DNA of 33,608 bases from an uncultured Burkholderiales Genera incertae sedis bacterium (lineage in GTDB: Bacteria; Pseudomonadota; Gammaproteobacteria; Burkholderiales; Eutrophovitaceae), in NCBI GenBank assembly GCA_905479505.1, contig CAJQMS010000050.1, positions 1 through 33,608 of the forward strand, read 5' to 3'. Below are positions 19,790 through 30,129 of the stretch, piece by piece. Made by a program: the position numbers and the translations under genes. Positions within the stretch are counted from its first letter, which is position 1; each line of letters starts with the position of its first letter. Below the pieces are notes generated by a model. It was not told the origin of the DNA and did no database searches. It saw only the letters and a program-made list of their open reading frames with translations.

Positions 19790-22700
19790 TCACGCAGCTT
19801 TTCGCTGCTCCCTTATCGACCGATACTCCAACAATAATGCCTGCCAAGCTTTTCTCACCTGGACCACGTTGGCTTCTTTGACATGTCCAAAGCCCCTTAT
19901 CTCCTCTGGTAAAGACAAAAGTTGCTTGGCGAGGTCAATGTTTGACGAGTTGAGCGAATTTGCAACCTCCTCCGCCAGTAGTCGATAATCCTCGATGAGT
20001 TGCCGCTCCATTTTTCTTTCTTCGGTACGACCAAAAATGTCGAATGCTGTGCCTCTTAGGAATTTCAAACGCGATAGGATTTTAAACATCCCGAGGACCC
20101 AAGTGCCAAATTCCTGCTTTCTAAGATGTCCAGTCTCGGGATCTTTTTTTGCAAGTAGTGGCGGGGCTAAATGATAACGAATTTTATAATCCCCCTCAAA
20201 TAGTCCCTCGACTTTTTTTTGAAATGTTCCATTTGAGTAAAGTCTCCCCACTTCATACTCATCTTTATATGCCATTAACTTGAAGTAATAGCGTGCCACA
20301 ATTTCGGTCACTCCACTAATATCGCCAGAAGCATTCTCTTTATTTCGAATTTTTTCAACGAGAGTTTGATACTGTTTTGCGTAACCGACGTTTTGATACT
20401 CAGTTAGAAATTGGAATCGCTTTTTTACAAATTCATCCACTGTATATTCGACAGGTTCTGTCACCTCTGTTTTTTCTACTTTTGACTTAAGTAAACGTTC
20501 GACAGCTGGCAAATCAACTGATGCTCGTCTTCCCCAAACGAAAGCCGTCTTGTTCATATCTACAGAAGCCCCATTCATTTCAATGGCTTTATTAATCGCC
20601 TCATGCCCCAGAGGCAATAACCCTTTTTGATAGGCGTAACCCAGCATAAACATATTTGAAGCAATTGAGTTACCCATTAATGATGTTGCGATGCGCGTGG
20701 CCTCCACAAAATCGACATTACCATCGCCGAGCCTTCTTCTGATTGTGTCTTTTAGCTCATCTCTTGGAAATTGAGAATTTTTGTCGCGAGCAAAATCGCC
20801 TGTCATTTGCTCATGCACGTTGACAATTGCGACAGTCTTATCGCTCCGGCCTAACTCCATCGTTTTTTCGCTTGCCGTTGTGACGAAGTCACAGCCCAAA
20901 ATCAATGACGCGCCAGAAAACCCTAGACGAGCCGCTTTAAGGTCTGACTGTCGACTAGCCACTTGCAGGTGGCTCCAAACTGAACCACCCTTCTGAGCGA
21001 GCCCTGCCATATCCATGCCTGCAAAGGATTTACTCTCAAGATGAGCGGCCATACCAACGATAGCGCCAATGGTAACCACTCCGGTACCGCCTACACCATT
21101 CACTAAAATACCGTAAGGTTGCTCGAGCGTCGGCAACACTGGATCAGCTAAAGCTGGGAATAGGTCAGCTTTATCCCTCTTCGACGCAATCCCTTGGCCT
21201 TTTTTCAAAGCGCCTCCGTGGACCGTAACAAAACTAGGACAGAATCCTTTTACACATGAGAAATCTTTATTACATGCAGATTGATCGATCGCGCGCTTTC
21301 TACCATATTCGGTCTCAAGAGGTGTAACGGAAACACAATTCGACTGAACACCGCAATCACCGCAACCTTCGCAAACCAAGTCATTGATGAGGGCTCTCTT
21401 TGCCGGGTCCGGGTAAGTGCCTCTCTTCCGTCTTCTCCTCTTCTCAGATGCACAGGTTTGGTCATAAACAATGACTGATATACCTTCAACATTTCGAATA
21501 TTTTTTTGAACTTGATTGTAATCGTCGCGATGGTGAACAGTTACACCTTCAGCAAAGCCCGGATTAGCACCGTACTTTTCCGGCTCATCTGTAACTACGA
21601 CGACTTTACTTGCACCTTCGGCTGAAACCTGACGCGTTATTTGAGGGACGCTTAATTGTCCGTCCACATGTTGGCCCCCAGTCATTGCTACGGCATCGTT
21701 GTATAAAATTTTATACGTCATGTTCGCGCCGGAGGCGACAGCTGCTCTCACTGCCAAAAATCCTGAATGGAAGTAAGTTCCGTCACCAATATTCTGGAAG
21801 ACGTGTGGCGTATCAACGAAATGTGATTCACCGATCCAGCTCGCCCCTTCTCCGCCCATCTGAGTGTATCCAGTCGTACTACGATCCATCCATTGAGCCA
21901 TAAAATGGCAACCAATTCCCGATAACGCGACAGACCCGTCCGGAACTTTCGTTCCAGAATTGTGAGGGCAACCGGAACAAAAATACGGGGTACGCTCCAT
22001 GGCCGGCACCTCGAGAGATTCAAGTGCTAAAGAGCGCCTTCGATTCAAACGCTCCTCAAGGTCTTGATCTTTTTCAACCTCTAGGAGACGCTCAGCGATC
22101 GCAATCGCAATTTCATTGGCGTCGAGAGCTGCATTCGACCGAAGTAACTCGCCTCCAATTTCATCTTTTTTACCTACGACACTCGGCCTACTTTCGAGGG
22201 AATACAAAATATCTTTAACCTGAGTCTCCAGTAGACCACGCTTTTCCTCAACGATTAAGATTTTTTTAAGATTCTTCGCAAAAGCGGCAACCCCTAACGG
22301 CTCAAGCGGCCACGTCATTCCGACTTTGTATAAACTCAACCCGAGCTGCTTTGCTTTTTGATCGTCTATGCCCAAGTAATGCAGCGCTTGACGCACATCT
22401 AAATACGATTTACCGCACGTGACAATACCTAGATTACCTTTATCGGCCGCAATCTCAACTCTATCAATTCCATTCGCCCTCACAAAAGATTTGACCGCCT
22501 CAAGCTTATGCTTGTGAAGTCGTAGTTCCTGATCCAATGGGGGGTCAGGAAAACGTAAACTCAACCCGCCTTCAGGCATTTCAAAATCTGTTGGTGTGAC
22601 TATTTCTACCCGATCTTCCCCTACATCAACGGTCGCACTAGCGTCTATCGTGTCCTTCATACATTTCAGACCAACCCAAGTGCCAGAATATCTAGATAGC

Positions 22701-23263
22701 GCCCATCCATATAGCCCGTAATCCAAAAGCTCTTGAACCCCTGCTGGATTTAATATAGGCATCATCGCGTCGACTAATGCGAATTCGCTTTGATGAGCTG
22801 TCGTTGACGATTCGCATGTGTGATCATCACCCATAAGGGCAAGAACTCCGCCATTAGGGTGAGTCCCTGCTAAATTAGCATGACGAAAGACATCGCCAGA
22901 TCGGTCAACTCCCGGTCCTTTTCCATACCAAATCCCGAAAACACCATCGAATTTTGCCTTGCCATGCATGCCAGCCTGCTGAGCCCCCCATAAAGCTGTC
23001 GCGGCAATATCTTCGTTCACGCCAGACTGAAATACGACGTCATGATTCTTTAAATGATTTTTAGCAGCCAATAGTTGTTGATCGAATTGACCTAATGGAC
23101 TTCCACGATATCCCGAAATATATCCGGCTGTTTTTAACCCCATTTTTAGATCTCTTGCGTGCTGCATTAACGGTAAGCGAACTAAAGCTTGAGTTCCGGT
23201 CAAAAAAATACGGCCTTCTTCAACGGTATATTTATCGTCTAACGCTACATCTCTCAGTTTCAT
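19790..23263 (-). CDS. Indolepyruvate ferredoxin oxidoreductase family protein (fused alpha/beta, 2-oxoacid:acceptor oxidoreductase)
   Basis: 1157-aa ORF with an ATG start. The N-terminus (LDDKYT...GRIFLTGTQALVRLPL) is typical of the fused IOR family. It also has a TPP-binding region (GIGCH...GGEG) and a Cys-rich 4Fe-4S segment (CEGCGDCGVQSNC). Confidence 0.85.
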   Translation of the reverse strand: MKLRDVALDDKYTVEEGRIFLTGTQALVRLPLMQHARDLKMGLKTAGYISGYRGSPLGQFDQQLLAAKNHLKNHDVVFQSGVNEDIAATALWGAQQAGMHGKAKFDGVFGIWYGKGPGVDRSGDVFRHANLAGTHPNGGVLALMGDDHTCESSTTAHQSEFALVDAMMPILNPAGVQELLDYGLYGWALSRYSGTWVGLKCMKDTIDASATVDVGEDRVEIVTPTDFEMPEGGLSLRFPDPPLDQELRLHKHKLEAVKSFVRANGIDRVEIAADKGNLGIVTCGKSYLDVRQALHYLGIDDQKAKQLGLSLYKVGMTWPLEPLGVAAFAKNLKKILIVEEKRGLLETQVKDILYSLESRPSVVGKKDEIGGELLRSNAALDANEIAIAIAERLLEVEKDQDLEERLNRRRSLALESLEVPAMERTPYFCSGCPHNSGTKVPDGSVALSGIGCHFMAQWMDRSTTGYTQMGGEGASWIGESHFVDTPHVFQNIGDGTYFHSGFLAVRAAVASGANMTYKILYNDAVAMTGGQHVDGQLSVPQITRQVSAEGASKVVVVTDEPEKYGANPGFAEGVTVHHRDDYNQVQKNIRNVEGISVIVYDQTCASEKRRRRKRGTYPDPAKRALINDLVCEGCGDCGVQSNCVSVTPLETEYGRKRAIDQSACNKDFSCVKGFCPSFVTVHGGALKKGQGIASKRDKADLFPALADPVLPTLEQPYGILVNGVGGTGVVTIGAIVGMAAHLESKSFAGMDMAGLAQKGGSVWSHLQVASRQSDLKAARLGFSGASLILGCDFVTTASEKTMELGRSDKTVAIVNVHEQMTGDFARDKNSQFPRDELKDTIRRRLGDGNVDFVEATRIATSLMGNSIASNMFMLGYAYQKGLLPLGHEAINKAIEMNGASVDMNKTAFVWGRRASVDLPAVERLLKSKVEKTEVTEPVEYTVDEFVKKRFQFLTEYQNVGYAKQYQTLVEKIRNKENASGDISGVTEIVARYYFKLMAYKDEYEVGRLYSNGTFQKKVEGLFEGDYKIRYHLAPPLLAKKDPETGHLRKQEFGTWVLGMFKILSRLKFLRGTAFDIFGRTEERKMERQLIEDYRLLAEEVANSLNSSNIDLAKQLLSLPEEIRGFGHVKEANVVQVRKAWQALLLEYRSIREQRKAA

Positions 23264-23467
23264 AGCAAATCAAAGCTCCTGTTAACCTTAAATATCGGAC
23301 CAATCACCAATACCCGCTCCTCAGCAATATTGGAACGATTTCTCCTATTTAGAATCGAAGTTTACCTATGTGTAAATATTAGCACACCAGCATTGAAAGC
23401 TGTCCGGAAACGACCCGAGGTATAATCGAGGACACACTAAAAAAAACTTTAATAAGGCGAGTACCAA

Positions 23468-23716
23468 ATGCCAGCAGAACAAGATAATAGAATTGACCTG
23501 TCGCTCGATGTTAAAGGTCTTAACTGCCCTCTTCCGATACTCAAAACAAAAAAAGCACTGCAGGAAATACAAATAGGCCAAATATTAGAGGTATTCACAA
23601 CCGATCCGGGTTCAGTACCGGACTTTAACGCCTTTTGCCGGCAAACGGGGCACACACTCATTGACTCAGCCGAACAAGACGCCAGTTTTCGATTTCTACT
23701 AAAGAAAACTAAATAA
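23468..23716 (+). CDS. TusA-family sulfurtransferase / sulfur carrier protein
   Basis: 82-aa ORF with the LDVKGLNCPLPILKTKKAL motif (the CPxP active-site Cys) and an overall length equal to TusA/SirA-like proteins. Confidence 0.8.
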   Translation: MPAEQDNRIDLSLDVKGLNCPLPILKTKKALQEIQIGQILEVFTTDPGSVPDFNAFCRQTGHTLIDSAEQDASFRFLLKKTK

Positions 23717-23820
23717 TCACAAATCTTCGTGATTAATTTATCTTGATTTAGGAACTAGTTCTATTCTTTTACCAACGCAATAGTCTTTTCTTGGGCGAGA
23801 TAGATTTTGCTCTCAGGGGA

Positions 23821-24270
23821 CTAGAATGGAATGTCATCCTCTAGATCATCTAAACCACCAGAAAACTCGCCTGCACCTGACTCGGAAGCCTTGTTAGAAG
23901 ACTGTTGCCCACCGGAATAGTCTCCACCGCCCCCACCTGAGCGAGAGCCCAGCATTTGCATTCTGTCAGCAACAACCTCAGTTGTGTACTTGTCTTGGCC
24001 TTCCTTATCTGTCCACTTTCTTGTTTGTAAGCGACCCTCAAAATAAGCCTGAGACCCCTTTTTCAGGTACTGCTCCGCAACCTCTGCCACTCGACCAAAC
24101 ATGACAACTCTGTGCCATTCGGTCTTCTCTTGGCGCTCACCACCTTTATCTTTCCATGTGTCGGTGGTAGCTATACTTAGGTTAACCATAGCATCACCAC
24201 TTGGCATGCGACGAAGCTCTGGGTCTCTCCCTAGATTTCCTACAATGATCACTTTGTTTACGGAAGCCAT
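23821..24270 (-). CDS. ssb: Single-stranded DNA-binding protein
   Basis: 149-aa ORF with an N-terminal OB fold ([20 protein letters not shown]...TEWHRVV.FGR.AE), a Gly/Ser-rich linker and the acidic tip DDLEDDIPF. An AGGAG Shine-Dalgarno sequence lies 7 nt upstream of the ATG. Confidence 0.95.
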   Translation of the reverse strand: MASVNKVIIVGNLGRDPELRRMPSGDAMVNLSIATTDTWKDKGGERQEKTEWHRVVMFGRVAEVAEQYLKKGSQAYFEGRLQTRKWTDKEGQDKYTTEVVADRMQMLGSRSGGGGGDYSGGQQSSNKASESGAGEFSGGLDDLEDDIPF

Positions 24271-24417
24271 CGCTTTTCTCCTGTTTTTAAAACTATAATT
24301 TTGTAATTAGCAAATACGCTCGTTCGCTCACAAACCAGCAAACTAAGACACCACTCATATTACCTTTACTGTATATCCTTTAACCGTTCTCTGCTACTAA
24401 CCAGACACCTCAGGCTA

Positions 24418-25608
24418 CTATTTGTTTTTCGAATCCGAAAGACCAAAAGCAGTTATTAGCCATAATAAGGCCCAAGCAGCACAAAAAATGAAAACTCCCT
24501 GGCCGGAATTATATTGATATATCCAGCCTCCAAGCACTCCACCAATGAAGGTGCCGAGATATTGGCTTGTGCTATAAACCCCAAGAGCACTTCCTTTTGA
24601 ATTCTGGTCTACGACTCTTGAAATCCAAGATGGTAGCGATGCTTCTAGTAGATTAAAAGCACCGAAGAAAATAATCAACGCTACACCAAGCCCAACATAT
24701 CCCAACTCAAAGAAACCAAGTATCGTTTGGGATCCGGCAATCAAAATGATGCTAAATAGAAATATTACCTTTCGATGGCCGAGTCTTTCAGAAATCATCA
24801 TCAGCGGCAACATGATTAAAATACTGGCTGTCATCACCACTAAATAAAACTGCCATGATAAAAAACTCCCTTCCAAATTTCTGAGAATAAATGGAAGCGA
24901 GACAAACATTGACATCAAAATCCCATGCAGTGAAAAAATCCCAAAATCAAGTCTAAGCAAATTAGTATTACTTAAGATTGCGGCCATACTAACCGGCGCA
25001 CTCTGACTTTTACGTCCTCCGGAATCTATGTCCAGATCGGGAAATGGATCAGGAACGTAGAAGTACACAACACCCATCGATAAAAACGTTAGTGCCGCAG
25101 TGATGAGAAATATACCCGGCAAACCAACAATTGACTCTAACACTGGACCCAAAACGATAGACAATATGAAAGTGAAGCCAATCGTAATACCGATAATTGC
25201 CATGGATTTGGTTCTTACCTCCTCCCGAGTCAGGTCAGCATTCAATGCGATGACTGTGGAAGAGACTGCGCCAGCACCTTGAATTGCCCTTCCTACACAG
25301 AGCCAAGCTAAAGAATCTGCTGCTGCCGCTACGAAACTCCCCAAAACAAAAACACTGAGTCCTAAATAGATGGTTTTTTTTCGCCCCCAAAAATCGGACA
25401 AGCGGCCTAAAGGAATTTGAAAAATAGCCTGTGTAAGACCATATATTCCCACAGCTAAACCAATCAATATCGCGCTGCTCCCTCCTGGAAGAGCGTCCGC
25501 ATAAAGAGCGACTACAGGTAAAATCACAAACAGCCCGAACATACGCAAACTGAAGACACTCGCTAATCCGAAGCTGGCTCGGCGTTCCGTTTGGGTAAAG
25601 CTAGGCAT
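24418..25608 (-). CDS. MFS transporter
   Basis: Membrane protein with about 12 transmembrane helices and the MFS loop motif GRLSDFWGRKK. The track starts at a TTG (25701). I use the ATG at 25608 (MPSFTQTERRASFG), which leaves 118 nt of divergent promoter space before uvrA. Confidence 0.8.
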   Translation of the reverse strand: MPSFTQTERRASFGLASVFSLRMFGLFVILPVVALYADALPGGSSAILIGLAVGIYGLTQAIFQIPLGRLSDFWGRKKTIYLGLSVFVLGSFVAAAADSLAWLCVGRAIQGAGAVSSTVIALNADLTREEVRTKSMAIIGITIGFTFILSIVLGPVLESIVGLPGIFLITAALTFLSMGVVYFYVPDPFPDLDIDSGGRKSQSAPVSMAAILSNTNLLRLDFGIFSLHGILMSMFVSLPFILRNLEGSFLSWQFYLVVMTASILIMLPLMMISERLGHRKVIFLFSIILIAGSQTILGFFELGYVGLGVALIIFFGAFNLLEASLPSWISRVVDQNSKGSALGVYSTSQYLGTFIGGVLGGWIYQYNSGQGVFIFCAAWALLWLITAFGLSDSKNK

Positions 25609-25726
25609 TAAGTAGTTCCGACAATTCTGAGGGGTAAATGGGAAGCTAATTAGGTATAGTAACAGGTTAATCTTATTCGTCGTTATTCGGTTGATAAGCA
25701 ACTCACCTTGGTCTTAATAAAGCACT

Positions 25727-28552
25727 ATGGATTTTATCAAAGTTAGGGGCGCCCGCACCCATAACCTCAAAAATATCGACATCGACATCCCTAAGAATAA
25801 ATTTATTGTTATTACAGGGCTATCTGGCTCAGGCAAATCTTCCCTGGCATTTGATACGTTATTCGCTGAAGGTCAACGGCGCTATATCGAATCTCTATCA
25901 ACATATGCACGTCAATTTCTTGAGGTTCTTCAAAAGCCAGATGTGGATTCAATTGAAGGACTGTCCCCCGCGATAGCTATAGAGCAGAAATCTAAAAATA
26001 ATAACCCGCGCTCTACTGTGGGAACAGTGACCGAAATACACGATTACTTAAGACTCCTATACTCCAGGACGGGAAAACAATACTGCCCAGAACACCAAGA
26101 ACCTCTAGAGGCATTTACTGTTTCTGAAATGATCGACAATATCTTGTCGTTAGGCTTAGGTAAAAGAATATTAATCTTATCCCCAATCAAAGCTACTAAA
26201 GGACAATCGACAAAAAACTTACTTGAAAGATTTAGAGCACAAGGCTTTTTTCGGCTACGAATTGATGGTGAAGTGGTTGACTTGGATGACCCAGCATCCC
26301 CTAACATCACGCAATCAGAGAAAGATATTGAGTTGGTTATTGATCGACTGCGAACCTCAACGGAGTCGAAAGGTAGATTGGCGGAGTCTCTGGAAACGGC
26401 GCTCAAACAAAACGAAAATAAGGTTTTAATACATGATGTAGATGCCGACAAGGATATTAGCTTATCAGCTATTTTCAGTTGTCCGAAGTGCGATTATGCC
26501 TCGCCACCTCTTGAGGCAAGAATGTTTTCATTTAACCACCCAAATGGATCCTGCCCCACATGTGATGGCCTTGGTCAATTAGAGAGTTTTGACCCAGAAA
26601 AAGTAGTCGCCTACCCAACGCTATCCCTTTCATCCGGAGCAATAAAAGGGTGGGACAAAAGAAATAAATTCTTTTTTGATATGCTAAACAGCCTGAGTCA
26701 GCACTATGAATTTGACTTAAATACTCCTTTCGAAGACCTTCCAAGTAGTGTTAAGCAAGTAGTGCTATATGGCTCTGGAAACCAGAAAATAAAATTCTCG
26801 TATCAAGGAAAAGAAAATAGTCTCAAAATAGAAAACCATCCATTCGAAGGAGTAATTAACAACTTCCGTAGACGTTTCCAGGAAACATCAGAAGAAGCGG
26901 TGAGAGAAGAATTAGCAAAATTTATCAGTCTACGCACCTGCTCCGATTGTCTTGGGTCAAGACTCAGGAAGGAGGCAAGGAATGTGCGAGTTGCCGAACT
27001 CACGATTTCAGAAGTTAATTTGATGCCACTTAGTGAGGCGAAACTATTCTTTGATAAATTAATATCCCACCCCCAGACCAAAGTGATCTCAGAACGTGTA
27101 ATCAAAGAAATTACTAACCGCATCGGATTTTTAATCGATGTTGGACTGAGCTATTTGTCGCTAGAGAGAAAAGCATCGACACTGTCAGGAGGCGAGTCCC
27201 AACGAATACGACTTGCCTCTCAAATTGGTGCCGGACTTAGCGGAGTTATGTATGTATTAGATGAGCCCTCGATTGGTTTACATCAAAGGGATAACACACG
27301 ACTTATCGATTCAGTCAAAAAACTAAGAGATTTAGGTAATACGGTGATCGTGGTTGAGCATGACGAGGAAACAATCATTCAATCCGATTATGTGATTGAT
27401 ATTGGCCCGGATTCAGGGGAATTAGGAGGTCGCGTAATTTTCCAGGGAACCCCAGGACAAATTTTAAAAGATCCAGATTCAGTAACTGGCCCGTATTTGT
27501 CTGGAAATAAAAGGATATTTGAATTTCCTAGAAAAATAATAGATAAAAACACTCCTATGATCACGCTTACAGGAGCCGAAGCAAATAATCTGAAGGACGT
27601 TACCCTAACGATACCCCTAGGTGTATTCGTCTGCGTAACCGGCGTATCAGGATCAGGAAAATCCACACTTATCAATGACACTCTGGTCCCAGCGATAGCT
27701 CGCCAATTAGGAGGAAAGTCGAAAATAGAATGCCTTTATAGCGAACTATCTGAGACCGAACATATAAAATATCTGGTGAGCATAGATCAGAGTGCAATTG
27801 GTAAAACACCTCGCTCCAACCCGGCGACGTATACAGGGATTTTCACTACAATAAGAGAGTTATTTTCACAAGTCCCTCTATCGCGTGAAAGGGGTTATAA
27901 CTCAGGCCGTTTTTCTTTCAATGTCAGAGGCGGGAGATGTGAAACTTGCCAAGGTGAAGGAAGCCGCAGGATTGAATTGCACTTCCTGCCTGATGTCTTC
28001 GTATCATGTGAGATTTGCCAAGGAAAGCGATATAGTCAAGAGACACTAGATATTAACTACAAAGGTAAAAATATTTATGATGTCCTAGATATGAGCATAA
28101 GAGAAGCGTTAGCATTTTTCGCGAGCGTGCCAAGTTTAAAACGTAAACTCTCAATTCTCGATGAAGTTGGCTTAGGATATATGCGACTTGGCCAAAGCGC
28201 GATAACTTTATCGGGAGGAGAAGCCCAAAGAGTGAAGTTAGCAAGCGAATTATCGAAAAGGAATACAGGAAAAACACTATACGTACTTGATGAGCCTACG
28301 ACAGGATTGCACTTCAATGACATTTCATGGCTTTTAAAAATACTTATTAAACTAAGAGACCAGGGAAACTCCGTTGTTGTTATAGAACACAATTTAGACG
28401 TAATAAAACGTGCAGACTGGATAGTTGATCTCGGGCCAGAGGGAGGAAATCTCGGTGGCAATATCATTGCCGAGGGCACTCCTGAGAAGATCTCACAGCT
28501 CAAAACTAGCCATACAGGATATTTTTTAAAACAGTCCTTGGGTTTACCTTAA
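25727..28552 (+). CDS. uvrA: Excinuclease ABC subunit UvrA
   Basis: 941-aa ORF starting MDFIKVRGARTHNLKNIDIDIPKNKFIVITGLSGSGKSSLAFDT. It has two ABC ATPase modules (GLSGSGKSS and GVSGSGKST, with two LSGGE signatures) and zinc-finger Cys clusters. Confidence 0.97.
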   Translation: MDFIKVRGARTHNLKNIDIDIPKNKFIVITGLSGSGKSSLAFDTLFAEGQRRYIESLSTYARQFLEVLQKPDVDSIEGLSPAIAIEQKSKNNNPRSTVGTVTEIHDYLRLLYSRTGKQYCPEHQEPLEAFTVSEMIDNILSLGLGKRILILSPIKATKGQSTKNLLERFRAQGFFRLRIDGEVVDLDDPASPNITQSEKDIELVIDRLRTSTESKGRLAESLETALKQNENKVLIHDVDADKDISLSAIFSCPKCDYASPPLEARMFSFNHPNGSCPTCDGLGQLESFDPEKVVAYPTLSLSSGAIKGWDKRNKFFFDMLNSLSQHYEFDLNTPFEDLPSSVKQVVLYGSGNQKIKFSYQGKENSLKIENHPFEGVINNFRRRFQETSEEAVREELAKFISLRTCSDCLGSRLRKEARNVRVAELTISEVNLMPLSEAKLFFDKLISHPQTKVISERVIKEITNRIGFLIDVGLSYLSLERKASTLSGGESQRIRLASQIGAGLSGVMYVLDEPSIGLHQRDNTRLIDSVKKLRDLGNTVIVVEHDEETIIQSDYVIDIGPDSGELGGRVIFQGTPGQILKDPDSVTGPYLSGNKRIFEFPRKIIDKNTPMITLTGAEANNLKDVTLTIPLGVFVCVTGVSGSGKSTLINDTLVPAIARQLGGKSKIECLYSELSETEHIKYLVSIDQSAIGKTPRSNPATYTGIFTTIRELFSQVPLSRERGYNSGRFSFNVRGGRCETCQGEGSRRIELHFLPDVFVSCEICQGKRYSQETLDINYKGKNIYDVLDMSIREALAFFASVPSLKRKLSILDEVGLGYMRLGQSAITLSGGEAQRVKLASELSKRNTGKTLYVLDEPTTGLHFNDISWLLKILIKLRDQGNSVVVIEHNLDVIKRADWIVDLGPEGGNLGGNIIAEGTPEKISQLKTSHTGYFLKQSLGLP

Positions 28553-28572
28553 GTAAATGGCAACTTACAATC

Positions 28573-28597
28573 AAAAAAACCAGCTAAATTAGCTGGT
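28573..28597 (-). terminator. Rho-independent terminator of the alpha operon (after rplQ), located between convergent uvrA and rplQ
   Basis: Perfect 8-bp stem ACCAGCTA(28579-86)/TAGCTGGT(28590-97) with a 3-nt loop. The A7 run at 28573-79 gives a U-tract on the minus-strand transcript. It lies 45 nt downstream of the rplQ stop. Confidence 0.6.
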
Positions 28598-28641
28598 CTC
28601 TTGACGTTACACTTTTCAAGAAGCAAATCTCTAAAACACTC

Positions 28642-29040
28642 TTACTCCTCCGCGACCTCATCAACATTCTTGACCTCTTCTTCCGGCCGGTCCATCAACT
28701 CAACCAAAGCCATTGGCGCATTGTCACCGTTACGAAATCCATACTTCAAAATTCTCAAATAGCCACCGTTCCGAGTCGCATAGCGCGGCCCAAGCTCATC
28801 AAATAGCTTACCCACAATCTCTCTATCCCTTAAACGAGAAAAGGCTAATCTGCGATTTGCAACCGACGCCTTTTTCCCTAAAGTAATGATCGGTTCTGCA
28901 ACGCGACGTAACTCTTTAGCTTTTGGAAGCGTAGTTTTAATGACCTCATGGCGGAGCAGTGAATTTGTCATGTTGCGAAACATCGCCTCTCGATGAGAAG
29001 ATGTACGATTAAGTTTCCGCAATCCAAGTCTATGTCGCAT
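28642..29040 (-). CDS. rplQ: 50S ribosomal protein L17
   Basis: 132-aa ORF starting [23 protein letters not shown], a canonical L17 N-terminus. It follows rpoA. Confidence 0.95.
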   Translation of the reverse strand: MRHRLGLRKLNRTSSHREAMFRNMTNSLLRHEVIKTTLPKAKELRRVAEPIITLGKKASVANRRLAFSRLRDREIVGKLFDELGPRYATRNGGYLRILKYGFRNGDNAPMALVELMDRPEEEVKNVDEVAEE

Positions 29041-29080
29041 CTAATATTCCTTCCTATTTTAACTTTTTCGATACCAGAGC

Positions 29081-30058
29081 CTACGAACCTTCGGGAAGAG
29101 TTTCAGGCCAACTATCGACATTCATCCCGAGAGAAAGACCTCTCGTCGCGAGAACATCTTTGATCTCATTTAGTGACTTTCTGCCAAGATTAGGAGTCTT
29201 TAAAAGCTCTGTCTCCGAACGCTGAATCAAATCACCTATGTAATAAATGCTCTCAGCCTTGAGGCAATTCGCAGAGCGAACTGTTAACTCCAGATCATCC
29301 ACGGGTCTCAGTAGTGCAGGGTCAATGTCTGGCTCTTGCGGAAGACTTTCTTCCTCAACAGTGCCTTGTAGATCTGCAAAGCTGGATAACTGATCCATGA
29401 GGATTTTTGCCGCAAACCTAACCGATTCTTCTGGGTCCACTGATCCATTTGTCTCAATATCGATCACTAGTTTATCAAGATCTGTACGCTGCTCAACACG
29501 AGCGCTTTCTACTGCATAACTTACTCTGGTAACAGGACTGAACGTCGCATCTAGTAATAAGCTACCAATCACCCGATTTTCATCCTCCTCGCCCATCCTC
29601 AAATTCGCAGGAACGTAACCGCGCCCCCCTTGAACTTTGATCTCCATACTAATTTTTCCGCCAGGCGCTAAGTGTGCGATAACGTGCTCCGGATTAATGA
29701 TATCTACATCATGGCTTGCTTCAATGTCAGCAGCCGTGACAGCTCCTTCACCATCCTTTTTAAGAGTGAGCGTAATCTCGTCCCGGTTATGTAGTCGTAA
29801 AACCATACCCTTAAGATTGAGCAAAATATCAACAACGTCCTCCTGAACCCCGTCCAAAGTCGAATACTCGTGCAACACGCCGTCGATTTTAACTTCAGTA
29901 GGAGCGAAACCAGGTAGCGAAGACAACAAGACACGCCTTAGCGCATTACCCAGGGTGTGCCCAAAACCACGCTCAAATGGCTCCATAACCACCTTAGCTT
30001 GACCTGGAGCAACTAACTTTACATCAATAATTTTTGGCTTTAAAAAGCTATTCAGCAT
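29081..30058 (-). CDS. rpoA: DNA-directed RNA polymerase subunit alpha
   Basis: 325-aa ORF with [20 protein letters not shown] and the C-terminal domain [14 protein letters not shown]...[10 protein letters not shown]. Confidence 0.97.
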   Translation of the reverse strand: MLNSFLKPKIIDVKLVAPGQAKVVMEPFERGFGHTLGNALRRVLLSSLPGFAPTEVKIDGVLHEYSTLDGVQEDVVDILLNLKGMVLRLHNRDEITLTLKKDGEGAVTAADIEASHDVDIINPEHVIAHLAPGGKISMEIKVQGGRGYVPANLRMGEEDENRVIGSLLLDATFSPVTRVSYAVESARVEQRTDLDKLVIDIETNGSVDPEESVRFAAKILMDQLSSFADLQGTVEEESLPQEPDIDPALLRPVDDLELTVRSANCLKAESIYYIGDLIQRSETELLKTPNLGRKSLNEIKDVLATRGLSLGMNVDSWPETLPEGS

Positions 30059-30129
30059 CTATTCGACCCTTTTCAAAAGTTTCGAAAAATAAATTTTTGA
30101 GATTTATTAACCCCAAATTTATTTCGTTA

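Noticed and set aside
23715-23761. Hairpin AATCAC-N8-GTGATT overlapping the tusA-like stop codon, and a perfect 10-bp palindrome GAACTAGTTC (23752-23761) between tusA-like and ssb.
   Set aside because: The stems are short and AT-rich, and the palindrome would leave only a 2-4 nt loop. Neither is followed by a convincing U-tract. This is too weak to call a terminator or an operator.
24367-24384. TACTGTATAT upstream of ssb looks like a LexA/SOS box.
   Set aside because: Only one half-site matches. The position where ACAG should lie (24381-24384) reads TAAC, so it is not a complete CTGT-N8-ACAG palindrome. I kept it only as context for the finding on missing SOS boxes.
26044-28503. Long antisense ORFs inside uvrA (26044-26451, 135 aa; 28075-28503, 142 aa; and several of 70-106 aa).
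   Set aside because: They lie entirely within a highly conserved gene on the opposite strand and have no start-site signals. Their Ser/Leu/Arg-rich composition is typical of the antisense frame of a real gene.
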